From an uncultured Actinomycetota bacterium (GTDB taxonomy: Bacteria > Actinomycetota > Actinomycetes > JAHEKZ01), in the NCBI GenBank assembly GCA_963829525.1, contig CAWHIJ010000003.1, positions 1,248,001 to 1,312,000 on the forward strand: a DNA stretch of 64,000 nt. The letters run 5' to 3'. Below the pieces are notes generated by a model. The model saw only the letters and a list, made by a program, of their open reading frames with translations, had not been told where the DNA came from and searched no databases. Within the stretch, counting starts at the first letter, position 1. The number at the start of each line of letters is the position of its first letter. The position numbers and the translations under genes were made by a program. Positions 20,862 to 30,734 of this stretch are shown here, piece by piece.

Positions 20862-22240
20862 ATGAGCGTCACCGGCACCGCCCGGACAAAAGGGCGGAAG
20901 GGCGCGGTCAGCGTGGGCGCCCCCCCAAGGACAGCGTCTCGTTGGCCGAAAGGCTTGGCGGCTCGGCAACGCCTGAAGCGGGTCCCACCACGGTGCTTCC
21001 GGCTGGATCAAGACCGACGCCGGTCCAACCGCAGTCGCGCAAGCAGTTGCGCGAGCAACGTGAGCAACTGCAGCGTCGTGCTAGACAGCGATGGATCATT
21101 ACCGGTGCAGCAGTGGCCGGCGTCGTTGTTATCGGAGTTCTGCTGGTCTTGTGGCTTGCGGGCCGAGACGATGACGCCGCCGCACCCGCCGAACAAGGTC
21201 GGACCGAGCGAACAGTGACCATGACGTTGGCCGCCGACGGCGACGCAGCAACTTCCGGTGCACTGATGGTTTTCGACGCCGACAACACGACGGCAGGCTC
21301 GGTGCTCATCCAGTCAAGGCTGTTCGTCGAGGGGCCGACCCCTGGTGGTCTCCCGTTTGGCGAGACCGTGCTGCTGGGTGACAATGCAGCACCAGGATCA
21401 TCGCTCGCCAATACCCTCGACGTGGTCGTCGATGACACGTGGCAGGTGTCAGATCAGATGCTTGCTCAGCTGGTGGATGCTGCAGATGGCGTTCTTGTCG
21501 ATGTCGACACCGACGTGCTCGCCGGGCCGGCTGGCGGCCAGCAGTCGATCGTTGTCCCGGCTGGTGACGGGCAGTTGCTGGGCGGCAAGGATGCCGTTGC
21601 CTTTGCCACTTACCTCGGCCCTGACGAGAACGAGGAGGCGCGGTTGGCTCGCTTCGGCCAGGTCCTGGACCAGGTGGTCCTCAGACTCCCGGGTGATCGT
21701 GCAGGGCTTCTGGCCGTACTTGACGGCGTGAACGCTACCGAGAGTTCGACCCTGAGCAGCGAGAGTCTGACGGATTTCCTGCTGGGCTACGGCGACATCG
21801 GGCGTGATGGTGACGCCAGCTACCAGTCGCTTCCTGTCGACACCCTCGAGACCGGGGGCCCGAACCCGGCGCTGATCGTCGAGCCGGCAGGTCTGGAGCG
21901 GCTCCGCGCCGGTCTGCTGGCCGATTCATTACCTCCAGACGCCGGAGGCGAACAGATCACGGTCCTGGTCCAGAACGGTGTCGGGACACCCGGCCTCGAG
22001 CAGGATGCTGCTGATCTTCTGCTGGCTAAGGGCTACAAGTTCTTCAACGGGGGCAATGCGCTCGAATTCGGCCGGGAGGAGACGCTCATCCTGATCCCAG
22101 ACAGCACGTCAGCCTCCCGCGCCCTCGGCGATGACGTTGCAAAGACTCTCGGGGTCCCCGCTTCCGCTGTCCAGGTCAGCGACCAGGGCAGCTCGATTGC
22201 TGACGTGATCGCGATCTTGGGTGCCGACTTCAAGCCGTGA
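20858..22240 (+). CDS. Membrane-anchored LCP-like protein with LytR C-terminal domain
   Basis: Basic N-terminus, one TM, C-terminal [12 protein letters not shown]...[10 protein letters not shown]; nadD-X-rsfS synteny. Confidence 0.75.
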   Translation: MNERHRHRPDKRAEGRGQRGRPPKDSVSLAERLGGSATPEAGPTTVLPAGSRPTPVQPQSRKQLREQREQLQRRARQRWIITGAAVAGVVVIGVLLVLWLAGRDDDAAAPAEQGRTERTVTMTLAADGDAATSGALMVFDADNTTAGSVLIQSRLFVEGPTPGGLPFGETVLLGDNAAPGSSLANTLDVVVDDTWQVSDQMLAQLVDAADGVLVDVDTDVLAGPAGGQQSIVVPAGDGQLLGGKDAVAFATYLGPDENEEARLARFGQVLDQVVLRLPGDRAGLLAVLDGVNATESSTLSSESLTDFLLGYGDIGRDGDASYQSLPVDTLETGGPNPALIVEPAGLERLRAGLLADSLPPDAGGEQITVLVQNGVGTPGLEQDAADLLLAKGYKFFNGGNALEFGREETLILIPDSTSASRALGDDVAKTLGVPASAVQVSDQGSSIADVIAILGADFKP

Positions 22241-22280
22241 GAGGCTAGGGGCACCAAGTCAGCGTCGCCCGAGGAGTCGA

Positions 22281-22655
22281 GTGTCTGCAATCCCAGAGTC
22301 CATCCGCCTGGTGCACGAAGCCGCCGCCGCGGCCGCCGACAAGTTGGCCGTCGACATCATCGCGTTCGACGTCAGCGACCAGCTCGCGTTGGCTGACGCG
22401 TTTCTGCTCTGCTCGGCGCCCAATGACCGTCAGGTGCGAGCCATCGTCGAGGCCATCGAGGAACGTCTCACGGCCAATGGCCAGAAGCCAGCGCACCGCG
22501 AAGGTGAGCGGGAGAACCGCTGGGTGCTGCTGGACTATCTCGATGTCGTCGTTCATGTGCAGCACGAGGAGGAACGAGCCTTCTACTCCCTCGAACGTCT
22601 CTGGGCCGATTGCCCGACGATTCCACTTGGAGTAGCAGCCGAGGTGACCCGCTGA
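22281..22655 (+). CDS. rsfS: Ribosome silencing factor
   Basis: DKLAVDIIAFDVS, WVLLDYLDVVVHV, RAFYSLERLW. Confidence 0.95.
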   Translation: MSAIPESIRLVHEAAAAAADKLAVDIIAFDVSDQLALADAFLLCSAPNDRQVRAIVEAIEERLTANGQKPAHREGERENRWVLLDYLDVVVHVQHEEERAFYSLERLWADCPTIPLGVAAEVTR

Positions 22656-23305
22656 GCGTCGAGTTCACGCCGGGGGCTGTGCGGCGCAGAGTTGTGCTGT
22701 GGCGGCACGGGCGCACCGAGTGGAATGACTCCCGACGGTTCCAGGGCCAGACCGATGTTGCCCTCGACGACGTCGGGCGCGCGCAAGCGGCTCTGGCGGC
22801 CGAGCAGCTGGCGACCCTCAAGCCGCAATTGATCGTGGCGTCCGACCTGTCCAGGGCTGCCGACACGGCTCAAGCGCTTGCCGATCGGACGGGTGTACCG
22901 GTTCGCCGGACCCCAACGCTCCGTGAGACGCACGGTGGCAGCTGGGAGGGGCAGTTCGCTGACGACCTGAAGGCCGACCCACAGTACGTCGCGTGGCTCG
23001 CTGGTGAAGATGTCCCGGCTGGTGGGTCGGAGACTCGCAGCCAAGTAGCCGATCGCGCCGTCGTTACCGTCCGCGCGGCTGCCGCAGAGCTGGAGCTCGG
23101 TGGCCTGGTGGTCGTGGCATCGCATGGCGGAACGATCCGGGCCGTGATCTGTCGGATGCTCGGCCTGCCGGTAGAGCACTGGCGCGTTCTAGGTGGTCTG
23201 GCGAACTGCTGCTGGTCTGTGTTGGAAGAGGGCCGGGCGGGGTGGCGACTGGTCGAACACAACGCTGGCAGCTTGCCTGAAGTGGTGTTGGGCGACGATC
23301 GCTGA
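22652..23305 (+). CDS. Histidine phosphatase (phosphoglycerate mutase family); start CTG 22652 or GTG 22679
   Basis: RHGRTEWN, SDLSRAADT and SHGG motifs. Confidence 0.88.
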   Translation: MSVEFTPGAVRRRVVLWRHGRTEWNDSRRFQGQTDVALDDVGRAQAALAAEQLATLKPQLIVASDLSRAADTAQALADRTGVPVRRTPTLRETHGGSWEGQFADDLKADPQYVAWLAGEDVPAGGSETRSQVADRAVVTVRAAAAELELGGLVVVASHGGTIRAVICRMLGLPVEHWRVLGGLANCCWSVLEEGRAGWRLVEHNAGSLPEVVLGDDR

Positions 23306-23332
23306 ACCGAGGCGAAGCGCGTCCGGGCCGGT

Positions 23333-23361
23333 TTGGATCGGCGTTAGGCCCCCGGTAGTGT
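23333..23361 (+). promoter_or_regulatory. tRNA promoter TTGGAT-N17-TAGTGT
   Basis: Hexamers with 17-nt spacing, ending 11 nt before the tRNA. Confidence 0.55.
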
Positions 23362-23372
23362 TGGCGTTTCGC

Positions 23373-23445
23373 GGGGCTATGGCGCAGTTGGTAGCGCGTC
23401 TGCATGGCATGCAGAAGGTCCGGGGTTCGAATCCCCGTAGCTCCA
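23373..23445 (+). tRNA. tRNA-Ala(GGC)
   Basis: Acceptor GGGGCTA/TAGCTCC with G3:U70; anticodon arm TCTGC-ATGGCAT-GCAGA; T-loop GTTCGAATC; CCA not encoded. Confidence 0.97.
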
Positions 23446-23585
23446 CCCATCAGATGTGTCGCGAAATCCGTAACGGGTGAGTGAGCGTCCCTCTCCCGAT
23501 CACGAGTCGGCTGCATTCGGGGTGGTCGATTGCGGGCCTGGAGGCGAACATCCCAGCAGCGGTCACGGTTGGCCCCTGCCTGCCC

Positions 23586-23622
23586 CGGTGAGTTTTTAGT
23601 ATGCCATCCTAGAAACTCGCCG
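23586..23622. promoter_or_regulatory. 37-bp imperfect palindrome, probable TetR operator
   Basis: CGGTGAGTTTTTAGTATG-C-CATCCTAGAAACTCGCCG (15/18 arm match), containing a TAGTAT -10-like hexamer. Confidence 0.65.
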
Positions 23623-23647
23623 AGAGTCGATCGATCAGGAGGGCACG

Positions 23648-24682
23648 ATGGTGCAAATCCTCGCCCAGACGCCAGCGGATGCTGGCTTCGCGATGCCTGC
23701 TGAGTGGGACGAGCACGCTGGGTGTCTAATGGCGTGGCCCACCCGCAGCGAGCTCTGGGGTACTCGTCTGGTGGAGGCCAAACGCGACTATGCAGCCGTT
23801 GCCCGCGCAGTCGCCGGATTCGAGCCCCTCACCATGGTTTGCCCGCCCGGATCCGAGAGGGAGGTGCGAGACCTCTGCGGCAGCGACGTCCGATCCCTTG
23901 CGGCTCCCCTCAACGACTCGTGGATCCGCGACAACGGACCCACCTTCGTCCGCAACGGAGCCGGCGAGGTAGCCATCGTCAGTTTCGAGTTCAACGCCTG
24001 GGGTGAGCGTTGGCATCCTTACGACAGCGATAACGCACTGCCCGAGAGAATCGCTGACCACTTCGGTGTACCGATGTTTCGCGCGCCGTTGGTGCTGGAG
24101 GGCGGTTCGTTCTTCGTCGACGGCGAGGGGACGGTGCTGACGACCGAACAGTGCCTGCTCAATCCCAACCGGAACCCGGCGCTGTCCCGTGAGCAGATCG
24201 AGCAGGGACTCAGGGACTATCTGGGAGTTAGCACGGTCATCTGGCTGCCAGTGGGGCAGAGTCTCGACATCGGACCGGAAGGGACCGACGGTCACGTCGA
24301 TGGCATCGCGCAGTATGTGGCTCCTGGACGCATCGTGCTCGAGGCGCCCGGAAGTCCTGACGCGTCGGAGTACGAGACGGGCCGTCAGAACCTCGCCGTG
24401 CTGAAGGGCGTCACCGACGCTGTTGGTCGTGATCTCGATGTTGCCATCCTGGACGCGGGACCCGGCGACTCCAAGGCCTACTGCAACTACTACATCGCCA
24501 ACGGCGGGGTGATCGTTCCTGTGAGCGGTGTGAGCAGCGACGCGGCGATGCTGGAACTCATTGCCGGTCTCCACCCCGGACGCGAAGTTGTCGGGGTGCC
24601 AGGTGAGGTCATCGCCTTCGGCGGCGGTGGTCCACACTGCATCACCCAGCAAATCCCCGTCGGGCCACCAGCACGCGTCTGA
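23648..24682 (+). CDS. aguA: Agmatine deiminase family protein
   Basis: MPAEW, WIRDNGP, LEGGSFFVDG, TDGHVDG, GGGGPHCITQQ with the catalytic Cys. Confidence 0.92.
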   Translation: MVQILAQTPADAGFAMPAEWDEHAGCLMAWPTRSELWGTRLVEAKRDYAAVARAVAGFEPLTMVCPPGSEREVRDLCGSDVRSLAAPLNDSWIRDNGPTFVRNGAGEVAIVSFEFNAWGERWHPYDSDNALPERIADHFGVPMFRAPLVLEGGSFFVDGEGTVLTTEQCLLNPNRNPALSREQIEQGLRDYLGVSTVIWLPVGQSLDIGPEGTDGHVDGIAQYVAPGRIVLEAPGSPDASEYETGRQNLAVLKGVTDAVGRDLDVAILDAGPGDSKAYCNYYIANGGVIVPVSGVSSDAAMLELIAGLHPGREVVGVPGEVIAFGGGGPHCITQQIPVGPPARV

Positions 24683-24692
24683 TCTCGCAGCG

Positions 24693-25283
24693 ATGACGCA
24701 ACGACGGTCGAAGGGGATCGAGCGGGAACTCTCGGTCGTGACAGCTGCTGCCGAGCTGATTGCCGAGCAAGGGCTGGCGCAGCTACGCATGTCTGACGTT
24801 GCCGACCGCGCCGGGATGAGTGTTGGACACGTCACGTACTACTTCCCGTCGAAGAGCCAGCTGCTGGTACGAGCCGTCCAACAGAGCGAGGAACGGTTCC
24901 AGACGGAGGTACGAAACGCGCTTCAGCACCAGAACGATGCTTGGGACCGGCTAGGTGCACTCGTTGAACTGGCTGCCGCGTCCGGGCCCAACGACCCCGG
25001 CTGGCTGCTGTGGTTCGAGGTGTGGGGAAATGCCGCTGTCGATCCTGAGGTGGCAGAGGTGCAGCGCCAGCTGGACGGTTGGTGGCGCCAGCAGATGTCT
25101 GACGTCATTGCCTACGGCACGGCTCAGGGTTCCTTTCATGCCGCTGACAACGTTCGTGTCGTTTCGGTTCTTTCGGCGCTGACCGACGGTTTGTCGGTGC
25201 AGCTCACCCTCGGAAGCGACGCCGTGGACCGCGCAGAGCTGATCGACATCGTGATGGATGTCGCACGCGACCTGATGGCGTGA
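24693..25283 (+). CDS. TetR/BetI-family regulator
   Basis: HTH VADRAGMSVGHVTYYFPSK; BetI-like C-terminal domain. Confidence 0.92.
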   Translation: MTQRRSKGIERELSVVTAAAELIAEQGLAQLRMSDVADRAGMSVGHVTYYFPSKSQLLVRAVQQSEERFQTEVRNALQHQNDAWDRLGALVELAAASGPNDPGWLLWFEVWGNAAVDPEVAEVQRQLDGWWRQQMSDVIAYGTAQGSFHAADNVRVVSVLSALTDGLSVQLTLGSDAVDRAELIDIVMDVARDLMA

Positions 25284-25339
25284 GTGGCCGACGATATGCA
25301 AGGCTCGACGACGGTGGGTGGCGAGTCGCATCAGAATTG

Positions 25340-25379
25340 GCGCGGCCATCCGGGTGGACTTCGGATTGATTGGCTGCGC
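25340..25379. terminator. Long imperfect hairpin between TetR and GGDEF genes
   Basis: GCGCGGCCA...TGGCTGCGC arms with an inner TCCGG/TCGGA stem; weak T tail. Confidence 0.4.
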
Positions 25380-25410
25380 AGTTTAGGGGGCGTGCGTCAA
25401 GGTTCTGGCA

Positions 25411-26520
25411 ATGTCTGACGACAAACCCATGGTGACCTTTGCTTCTGGTCCTTCCGAACCCGACGACGCCCTCCATGAGGACGTCGTCCGTTCCGCTCTG
25501 CCCGTATTGGGTGTTTTGAGCACCCTGACCATGGCCGGCCTCGCAGGGGCGGCAGCGGTGTCCGGCCTAGGGACGGCGGCCGTCGCCGGGCTCGCTGCTG
25601 CTACCGGGCTGTTGACGGTGCTCTCGGTCGCCGCCTATGCGTGGCGAGAGTGGCTTCCGCTCCCTGAGGTCGCCGCGGTGAGCACCGTGCTTCTACCGGC
25701 GGGTGGGGGGGTGGTGGGGCTGGTCCTCTCCGATGACGTGACCTGGTCGTTGGGTGCTCTTGCGGCTTTGGGGCTGGTGGGGGCCAGCGTGGTCTCCACG
25801 CGCTGGGTCGTTGCCGCCGTCTACACCGTCTGGGTCGGCTGGCTGGCCGGTCTTGCGGCAGCAAACCTCCCCGAATGGCCCCTGGGCTGGCTCGGTGCTG
25901 GTGCCGTTGTAACGGCATCGTCGGTCATGGCCTCGGTAAGCAGACGTCAGATGTCAGAGCGGATCGCTGAGCTCGCAGCTGGCGCTGATCAAGCCTCGGT
26001 CCGTGACCCCCTGACCGGGCTTGTCAACCGCCAAGGGTTGTCCATGATGGGCCAACAGATTGTCGAGAACGCCCGAAGGTCGGGGGACGCAGTGCACTGC
26101 GTCTATATCGACATCGACCAGCTACGTCACGTCAATGAGGTGTCCGGTCACGAGGCCGGCGATGACGTCGTGGTCGCCATCGCCGACGCTCTCCGGACGA
26201 TCACTCGAGGCACTGACATCGTCGCTCGATGGGGTGGCGATGAGTTCTGTATCGTCGGCCCAGGCCCGGGAATGAGCCCCATGGAGCTCGAGCGTCGCCT
26301 GCGCGAGAGGGTACTCCAGAGCCCTCCGGTACCTGTTGACGTCTGGGAGCCCAAAGTGTGCGCGGGCGGAGCCATGCTTGCCCCCTGGGACTCTGGAACG
26401 CTCGACACCCTCTTGGGCAAAGCTGACCAGGAGATGTATCTGAGGCGTGCGCTCCGCCGTGGCGGGCCGCGGTCGCGGACAGTGGCCCCTGCCGATGGGG
26501 AGCAGCAGCCCAACAGCTGA
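25411..26520 (+). CDS. Multi-pass membrane diguanylate cyclase (start may be ATG 25429)
   Basis: About five or six TM helices, then DPLTGLVNR, RGTD I-site (RxxD) and an intact GGDEF. Confidence 0.92.
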   Translation: MSDDKPMVTFASGPSEPDDALHEDVVRSALPVLGVLSTLTMAGLAGAAAVSGLGTAAVAGLAAATGLLTVLSVAAYAWREWLPLPEVAAVSTVLLPAGGGVVGLVLSDDVTWSLGALAALGLVGASVVSTRWVVAAVYTVWVGWLAGLAAANLPEWPLGWLGAGAVVTASSVMASVSRRQMSERIAELAAGADQASVRDPLTGLVNRQGLSMMGQQIVENARRSGDAVHCVYIDIDQLRHVNEVSGHEAGDDVVVAIADALRTITRGTDIVARWGGDEFCIVGPGPGMSPMELERRLRERVLQSPPVPVDVWEPKVCAGGAMLAPWDSGTLDTLLGKADQEMYLRRALRRGGPRSRTVAPADGEQQPNS

Positions 26521-26616
26521 CCGACTCCCTGACGTCCAGCGTCCGTGCGCCCCGAGGGTTGGAGCGCGTGACGTGGTCAACGTGCTTCGATCGGAGGGGG
26601 ACTACCCTCGGTTGTC

Positions 26617-29127
26617 GTGACCGAACCGACCCCCTCTGGTGCGCCCATCGAGGCTCGCGAGCACCGCGAGACCTACGACGTCTTCGCTACCCAGGAGAAG
26701 TGGCTACCCGTCTGGGACGAGCTCGCACCCTTTCGCTCCGGCGACCCGGCTGACGAGCGGCCCAAGAAGTACGTGCTCGACATGTTTCCCTATCCGTCGG
26801 GTGACCTGCACATGGGCCACGCTGAGGCGTACGCGCTCGGTGACGTCGTCGCCCGCTACTGGGTGCAGCGTGGGTTCAACGTCATGCATCCGATCGGTTG
26901 GGACGCCTTCGGGTTGCCGGCTGAGAACGCCGCGATCAAGCGGGGGATCGATCCAGCCGCCTGGACGTACGAGAACATTGCTACCCAAAAGGCCTCCATG
27001 CGTCGCTACGCCTGCTCGTTCGACTGGGACCGCGTCCTGAACACGTGCGATCCGGAGTTCTACCGGTGGAACCAGTGGCTCTTCCTGCGACTGTTTGAGA
27101 AGGGACTGGCCTACCGCAAGCCGTCACAGGTCAACTGGTGCCCGAACGACCAGACGGTGCTGGCCAACGAACAAGTCGTCGGCGGTTTGTGTGAGCGGTG
27201 TGACACGCCCGTCACCAAGAAGAAGCTGACGCAGTGGTACTTCCGCATCACCGACTACGCCGACCGCCTGCTCGACGACATGTTGCAGCTGGAAGGTCAG
27301 TGGCCCGAGAAGGTGCTGCTCATGCAGCGCAACTGGATCGGTCGGTCTGCCGGAGCAGACGTCGTCTTCGAGATCGAGGACCGCGGCGAACCCGTGACGA
27401 TCTACACCACGCGCCCGGACACCCTCTTTGGTGCAACGTTCTTTGTGGTGGCAGCTGATTCAGATCTCGCGGCCGAACTTGTCTCAGGCGCATCCGCTGA
27501 TGTGCAGCAGGCGTTCGACCAATACCTGGCGAAGGTGCGACAGACCTCTGAGATCGACCGGCTGGCCACCGATCGGCCGAAGACCGGCGTCTTCCTGGAG
27601 CGGTACGCGGTCAACCCGGTCAATGGTGAACGGCTGCCGATCTACGCCGCCGACTACGTCCTCGCCGACTACGGTCACGGCGCGATCATGGCTGTGCCCG
27701 CGCACGACCAGCGCGACCTCGACTTCGCCCGAGCCTTCGACCTGCCGGTGCGCGTTGTTGTGGACACCGGAGAGGAAGACCCGATGGCCTCGGGTGTGGC
27801 CACCACCGGCGACGGCCAGCTGGTCAACTCCGGATCACTGGACGGGCTCGGCAAGACCGAAGCCATCGACACGATCGTCGCCGAGCTCAGCGCGAAGCAG
27901 CACGGCAACGCCGCCATCAACTACCGACTGCGCGACTGGCTCATCTCACGTCAGCGCTACTGGGGGACGCCGATCCCGATCGTGCACTGCCCTGATTGTG
28001 GTGAGGTGCCGGTTCCCGACGCCCAGCTACCGGTTGTTCTGCCCCCGTCTGCAGGTCTGGACATGAAGCCCAAAGGAACGTCACCGCTCGGTGGTGCCAC
28101 CGACTGGGTCAACGTCCCGTGCCCCACCTGCGAAGGCCCGGCCACCCGGGACACCGACACGATGGACACCTTCGTCGACTCGTCGTGGTACTTCCTGCGC
28201 TATCTCGACCCACATCTGCAAGCGGCGCCGTTCGACGTGGAATCGGCCAAGGAGTGGATGCCGGTTGATCAGTATGTAGGCGGGGTGACGCATGCCATCT
28301 TGCACCTGCTCTACAGCAGGTTCTTCACCAAGGTGCTATTCGACCTCGGATATGTCGACTTCGTCGAGCCCTTCACCCGCCTGCTGAACCAGGGCATGGT
28401 CGTCATGAATGGTTCGGCGATGAGCAAGTCGCGCGGAAACATGGTACGGCTCTCGGACGAGCTCGCTGAGAATGGTGTCGACGCCATCCGTCTCAGCATG
28501 GTGTTCGCCGGGCCGCCCGAGGATGACGTCGACTGGGCTGACCTGTCGGCGACCGGCTCGCGCAAGTTCTTGGCGAGAGCGTGGCGGCTCGCCGGTGACG
28601 TCGGCTCGCCCCCTGGAGTCGACCCTGCCACAGGTGACCTCGCACTGCGGAAAGCAACGCATCGGGCGCTGCATGACGGTGCTCATGCGGTCGAGACCTT
28701 CCGCTTCAACTCGCTGGTGGCGCGCACGATGGAGCTGGTCAATAGCACCCGCAAAGCCATCGATTCTGGCCCCGGTCCGGCAGACCCTGCTGTGCGCGAG
28801 GCGGCCGAGGCGGTCGCCATCATGCTCTCACTGGTCGTGCCGTACACCGCCGAGGAGATGTGGAATCGACTTGGGCACCAGCCCACCGTTGCGCGTGTGG
28901 GCTGGCCAGCAGTTGACGAATCGTTGCTCGTTGCGGACGTGGTCACTTGCGTTGTGCAGGTCTCCGGCAAGGTGCGCGCGCGTCTGGAGGTGTCGCCGGC
29001 GGTCGCGGAGGATGAGCTACGCGCGCTGGCGATGGCAGACGCAAACGTGCAACGCTCCCTTGACGGTCGCGAGGTTCGCACTGTGATCGTGCGTGCCCCG
29101 AAACTGGTCAACATCGTGCCGGTATGA
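26617..29127 (+). CDS. leuS: Leucine--tRNA ligase
   Basis: [34 protein letters not shown] motifs. Confidence 0.98.
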   Translation: MTEPTPSGAPIEAREHRETYDVFATQEKWLPVWDELAPFRSGDPADERPKKYVLDMFPYPSGDLHMGHAEAYALGDVVARYWVQRGFNVMHPIGWDAFGLPAENAAIKRGIDPAAWTYENIATQKASMRRYACSFDWDRVLNTCDPEFYRWNQWLFLRLFEKGLAYRKPSQVNWCPNDQTVLANEQVVGGLCERCDTPVTKKKLTQWYFRITDYADRLLDDMLQLEGQWPEKVLLMQRNWIGRSAGADVVFEIEDRGEPVTIYTTRPDTLFGATFFVVAADSDLAAELVSGASADVQQAFDQYLAKVRQTSEIDRLATDRPKTGVFLERYAVNPVNGERLPIYAADYVLADYGHGAIMAVPAHDQRDLDFARAFDLPVRVVVDTGEEDPMASGVATTGDGQLVNSGSLDGLGKTEAIDTIVAELSAKQHGNAAINYRLRDWLISRQRYWGTPIPIVHCPDCGEVPVPDAQLPVVLPPSAGLDMKPKGTSPLGGATDWVNVPCPTCEGPATRDTDTMDTFVDSSWYFLRYLDPHLQAAPFDVESAKEWMPVDQYVGGVTHAILHLLYSRFFTKVLFDLGYVDFVEPFTRLLNQGMVVMNGSAMSKSRGNMVRLSDELAENGVDAIRLSMVFAGPPEDDVDWADLSATGSRKFLARAWRLAGDVGSPPGVDPATGDLALRKATHRALHDGAHAVETFRFNSLVARTMELVNSTRKAIDSGPGPADPAVREAAEAVAIMLSLVVPYTAEEMWNRLGHQPTVARVGWPAVDESLLVADVVTCVVQVSGKVRARLEVSPAVAEDELRALAMADANVQRSLDGREVRTVIVRAPKLVNIVPV

Positions 29128-29966
29128 GCCACACAGTCGCTGTCGTCACTGACTCCACCGCCTACCTGCCTGCAGTGCAGGCGTTGGCGGCAATGGTGAC
29201 CGTGGTGCCGGTGCAGGTGATTGTCGGCGGTGAAACCTTCGACGAGACGGATGTGTCGTCGAAGGACATAGCTGAGGCGCTCCGCGAGTGGCGACCCATC
29301 TCGACATCACGTCCATCTCCGTCTGTTTTCGCGGAGGTGTACGAGCGCTTGGCTGTCGAAGGCGCTGAAGAAATCGTGTCAGTCCACCTATCCGGTGCGA
29401 TGTCGGCGACCGTCGAGTCGGCCGAGCTCGCGACGAAGGAGGTCTCGGTTCCGGTCCGAGTCATCGACAGCAGGTCGATCGGAATGGGGTTGGGGTTCCC
29501 CGTCCTAGCCGCAGCTCAGGCCGCTGCGTCCGGTGCAGACGCCGATCGCGTCGAGCAGATTGCCCGCAGCCGGTGTGCCTCGGCGTCGGTGCTCTTCTAC
29601 GTCGACACCCTCGAGTACCTGCGTCGCGGTGGGCGGATCGGCAAGGCCGCGGCGCTGGTCGGGTCTGCGCTGTCGGTCAAGCCGTTGCTGCACCTGGTCG
29701 ACGGCAATGTGACGCCCCTGGAGAAGGTGCGAACGACGTCCAAGGCGCTGACCCGACTTGAAGAGCTGACGCTGGAACGGGTAGGTGATGGTGCAGCTGA
29801 CGTCGCTGTGCAGCACCTGGCCAACGCCGACCGAGCCCATGCATTGGCGGCGCGGATTCAAGAGAGTGCCGGGGGAGCGGTGGCGGTGACCGTTGGCGAA
29901 GTCGGCGCTGTTGTCGGTGCGCACGTCGGGCCGGGGATGATCGCGGTCGCGGTCTGTCCTCGGTAG
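29124..29966 (+). CDS. DegV/FakB fatty-acid-binding protein
   Basis: [30 protein letters not shown]. Confidence 0.93.
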   Translation: MSHTVAVVTDSTAYLPAVQALAAMVTVVPVQVIVGGETFDETDVSSKDIAEALREWRPISTSRPSPSVFAEVYERLAVEGAEEIVSVHLSGAMSATVESAELATKEVSVPVRVIDSRSIGMGLGFPVLAAAQAAASGADADRVEQIARSRCASASVLFYVDTLEYLRRGGRIGKAAALVGSALSVKPLLHLVDGNVTPLEKVRTTSKALTRLEELTLERVGDGAADVAVQHLANADRAHALAARIQESAGGAVAVTVGEVGAVVGAHVGPGMIAVAVCPR

Positions 29967-29974
29967 TCCCCGGT

Positions 29975-30604
29975 TTACGGCCACGTGGGGTCGTTTGGTG
30001 CCACGTCCCATTTGCCCCGATCGACACACTCATTGTTCTGGTAGGCGGCGGGCATCCTGGGGTAAATCTCGGAGTAGTAGCGCTCCGCGACGGATCGGGC
30101 TTCGTCAGGTGTTGCGCCCAGCCACCCAGCCACATCGTCGAGTCGTTGCAGCGCCTGACATTCAGTCTCGGCCTCGCTGAGGATTCCGGAGAGGTGGTAC
30201 GACTCGTGAGTCAGCACTTGGACCGCAACTATCTGGTTGAGCGTGGGATTGATCTTGTCGCCGTGCAGGTAGTCGCGCAGGTCGTTACACGCGTCTCGCT
30301 CGATGCGGCCGGTGTCGGTGGGGGAACCGTCCGCATTGAAAGGAACGTATCCAGCCTCGGCGGTGGGATCGAGCAGCGCGCCACCGAACCGCTGGCACTC
30401 CATGCTGACGTCGCGTTCGGCGATCCTCGTGGCGATCGCCGAGAACTCATTCTGGTCTGATCGGAAACCCCACTCTTGCCATCCCAGCAACAGCGCGGGT
30501 ACCAGCAGGAGCGGGATCAAGATCTTGTGGTGGTGTCCCATGGCATGGCGAACCGAGGCCCCCGCGGATCCGGCGAGCAGGGCAAGCACAATCCAGAAGC
30601 GCAC
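29975..30604 (-). CDS. Uncharacterised membrane-anchored protein with HExxH zincin-like motif
   Basis: Two N-terminal hydrophobic segments; VLTHESYHLSG..SEAETEC; four Cys; fills the degV-comEA gap. Confidence 0.78.
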   Translation of the reverse strand: MRFWIVLALLAGSAGASVRHAMGHHHKILIPLLLVPALLLGWQEWGFRSDQNEFSAIATRIAERDVSMECQRFGGALLDPTAEAGYVPFNADGSPTDTGRIERDACNDLRDYLHGDKINPTLNQIVAVQVLTHESYHLSGILSEAETECQALQRLDDVAGWLGATPDEARSVAERYYSEIYPRMPAAYQNNECVDRGKWDVAPNDPTWP

Positions 30605-30734
30605 TCTCCAGGATCGGCAGACATCGGCACGGGCTGGAGTCGGTTTCGGTCATCCCCAGGGAAGAGTCGTGGGCTTCTCCCCAACCGCGCCCGGGTCGCC
30701 AGCGGCTCGATCCCGCACTGCATATCGTCGCGCC

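Noticed and set aside
23373-26600. Integrative element at tRNA-Ala
   Set aside because: No integrase and no duplicated tRNA 3' end found downstream.
26521-26616. T-box riboswitch upstream of leuS (also checked valS and glyS)
   Set aside because: Leaders are absent or too short, and I found no T-box motif.
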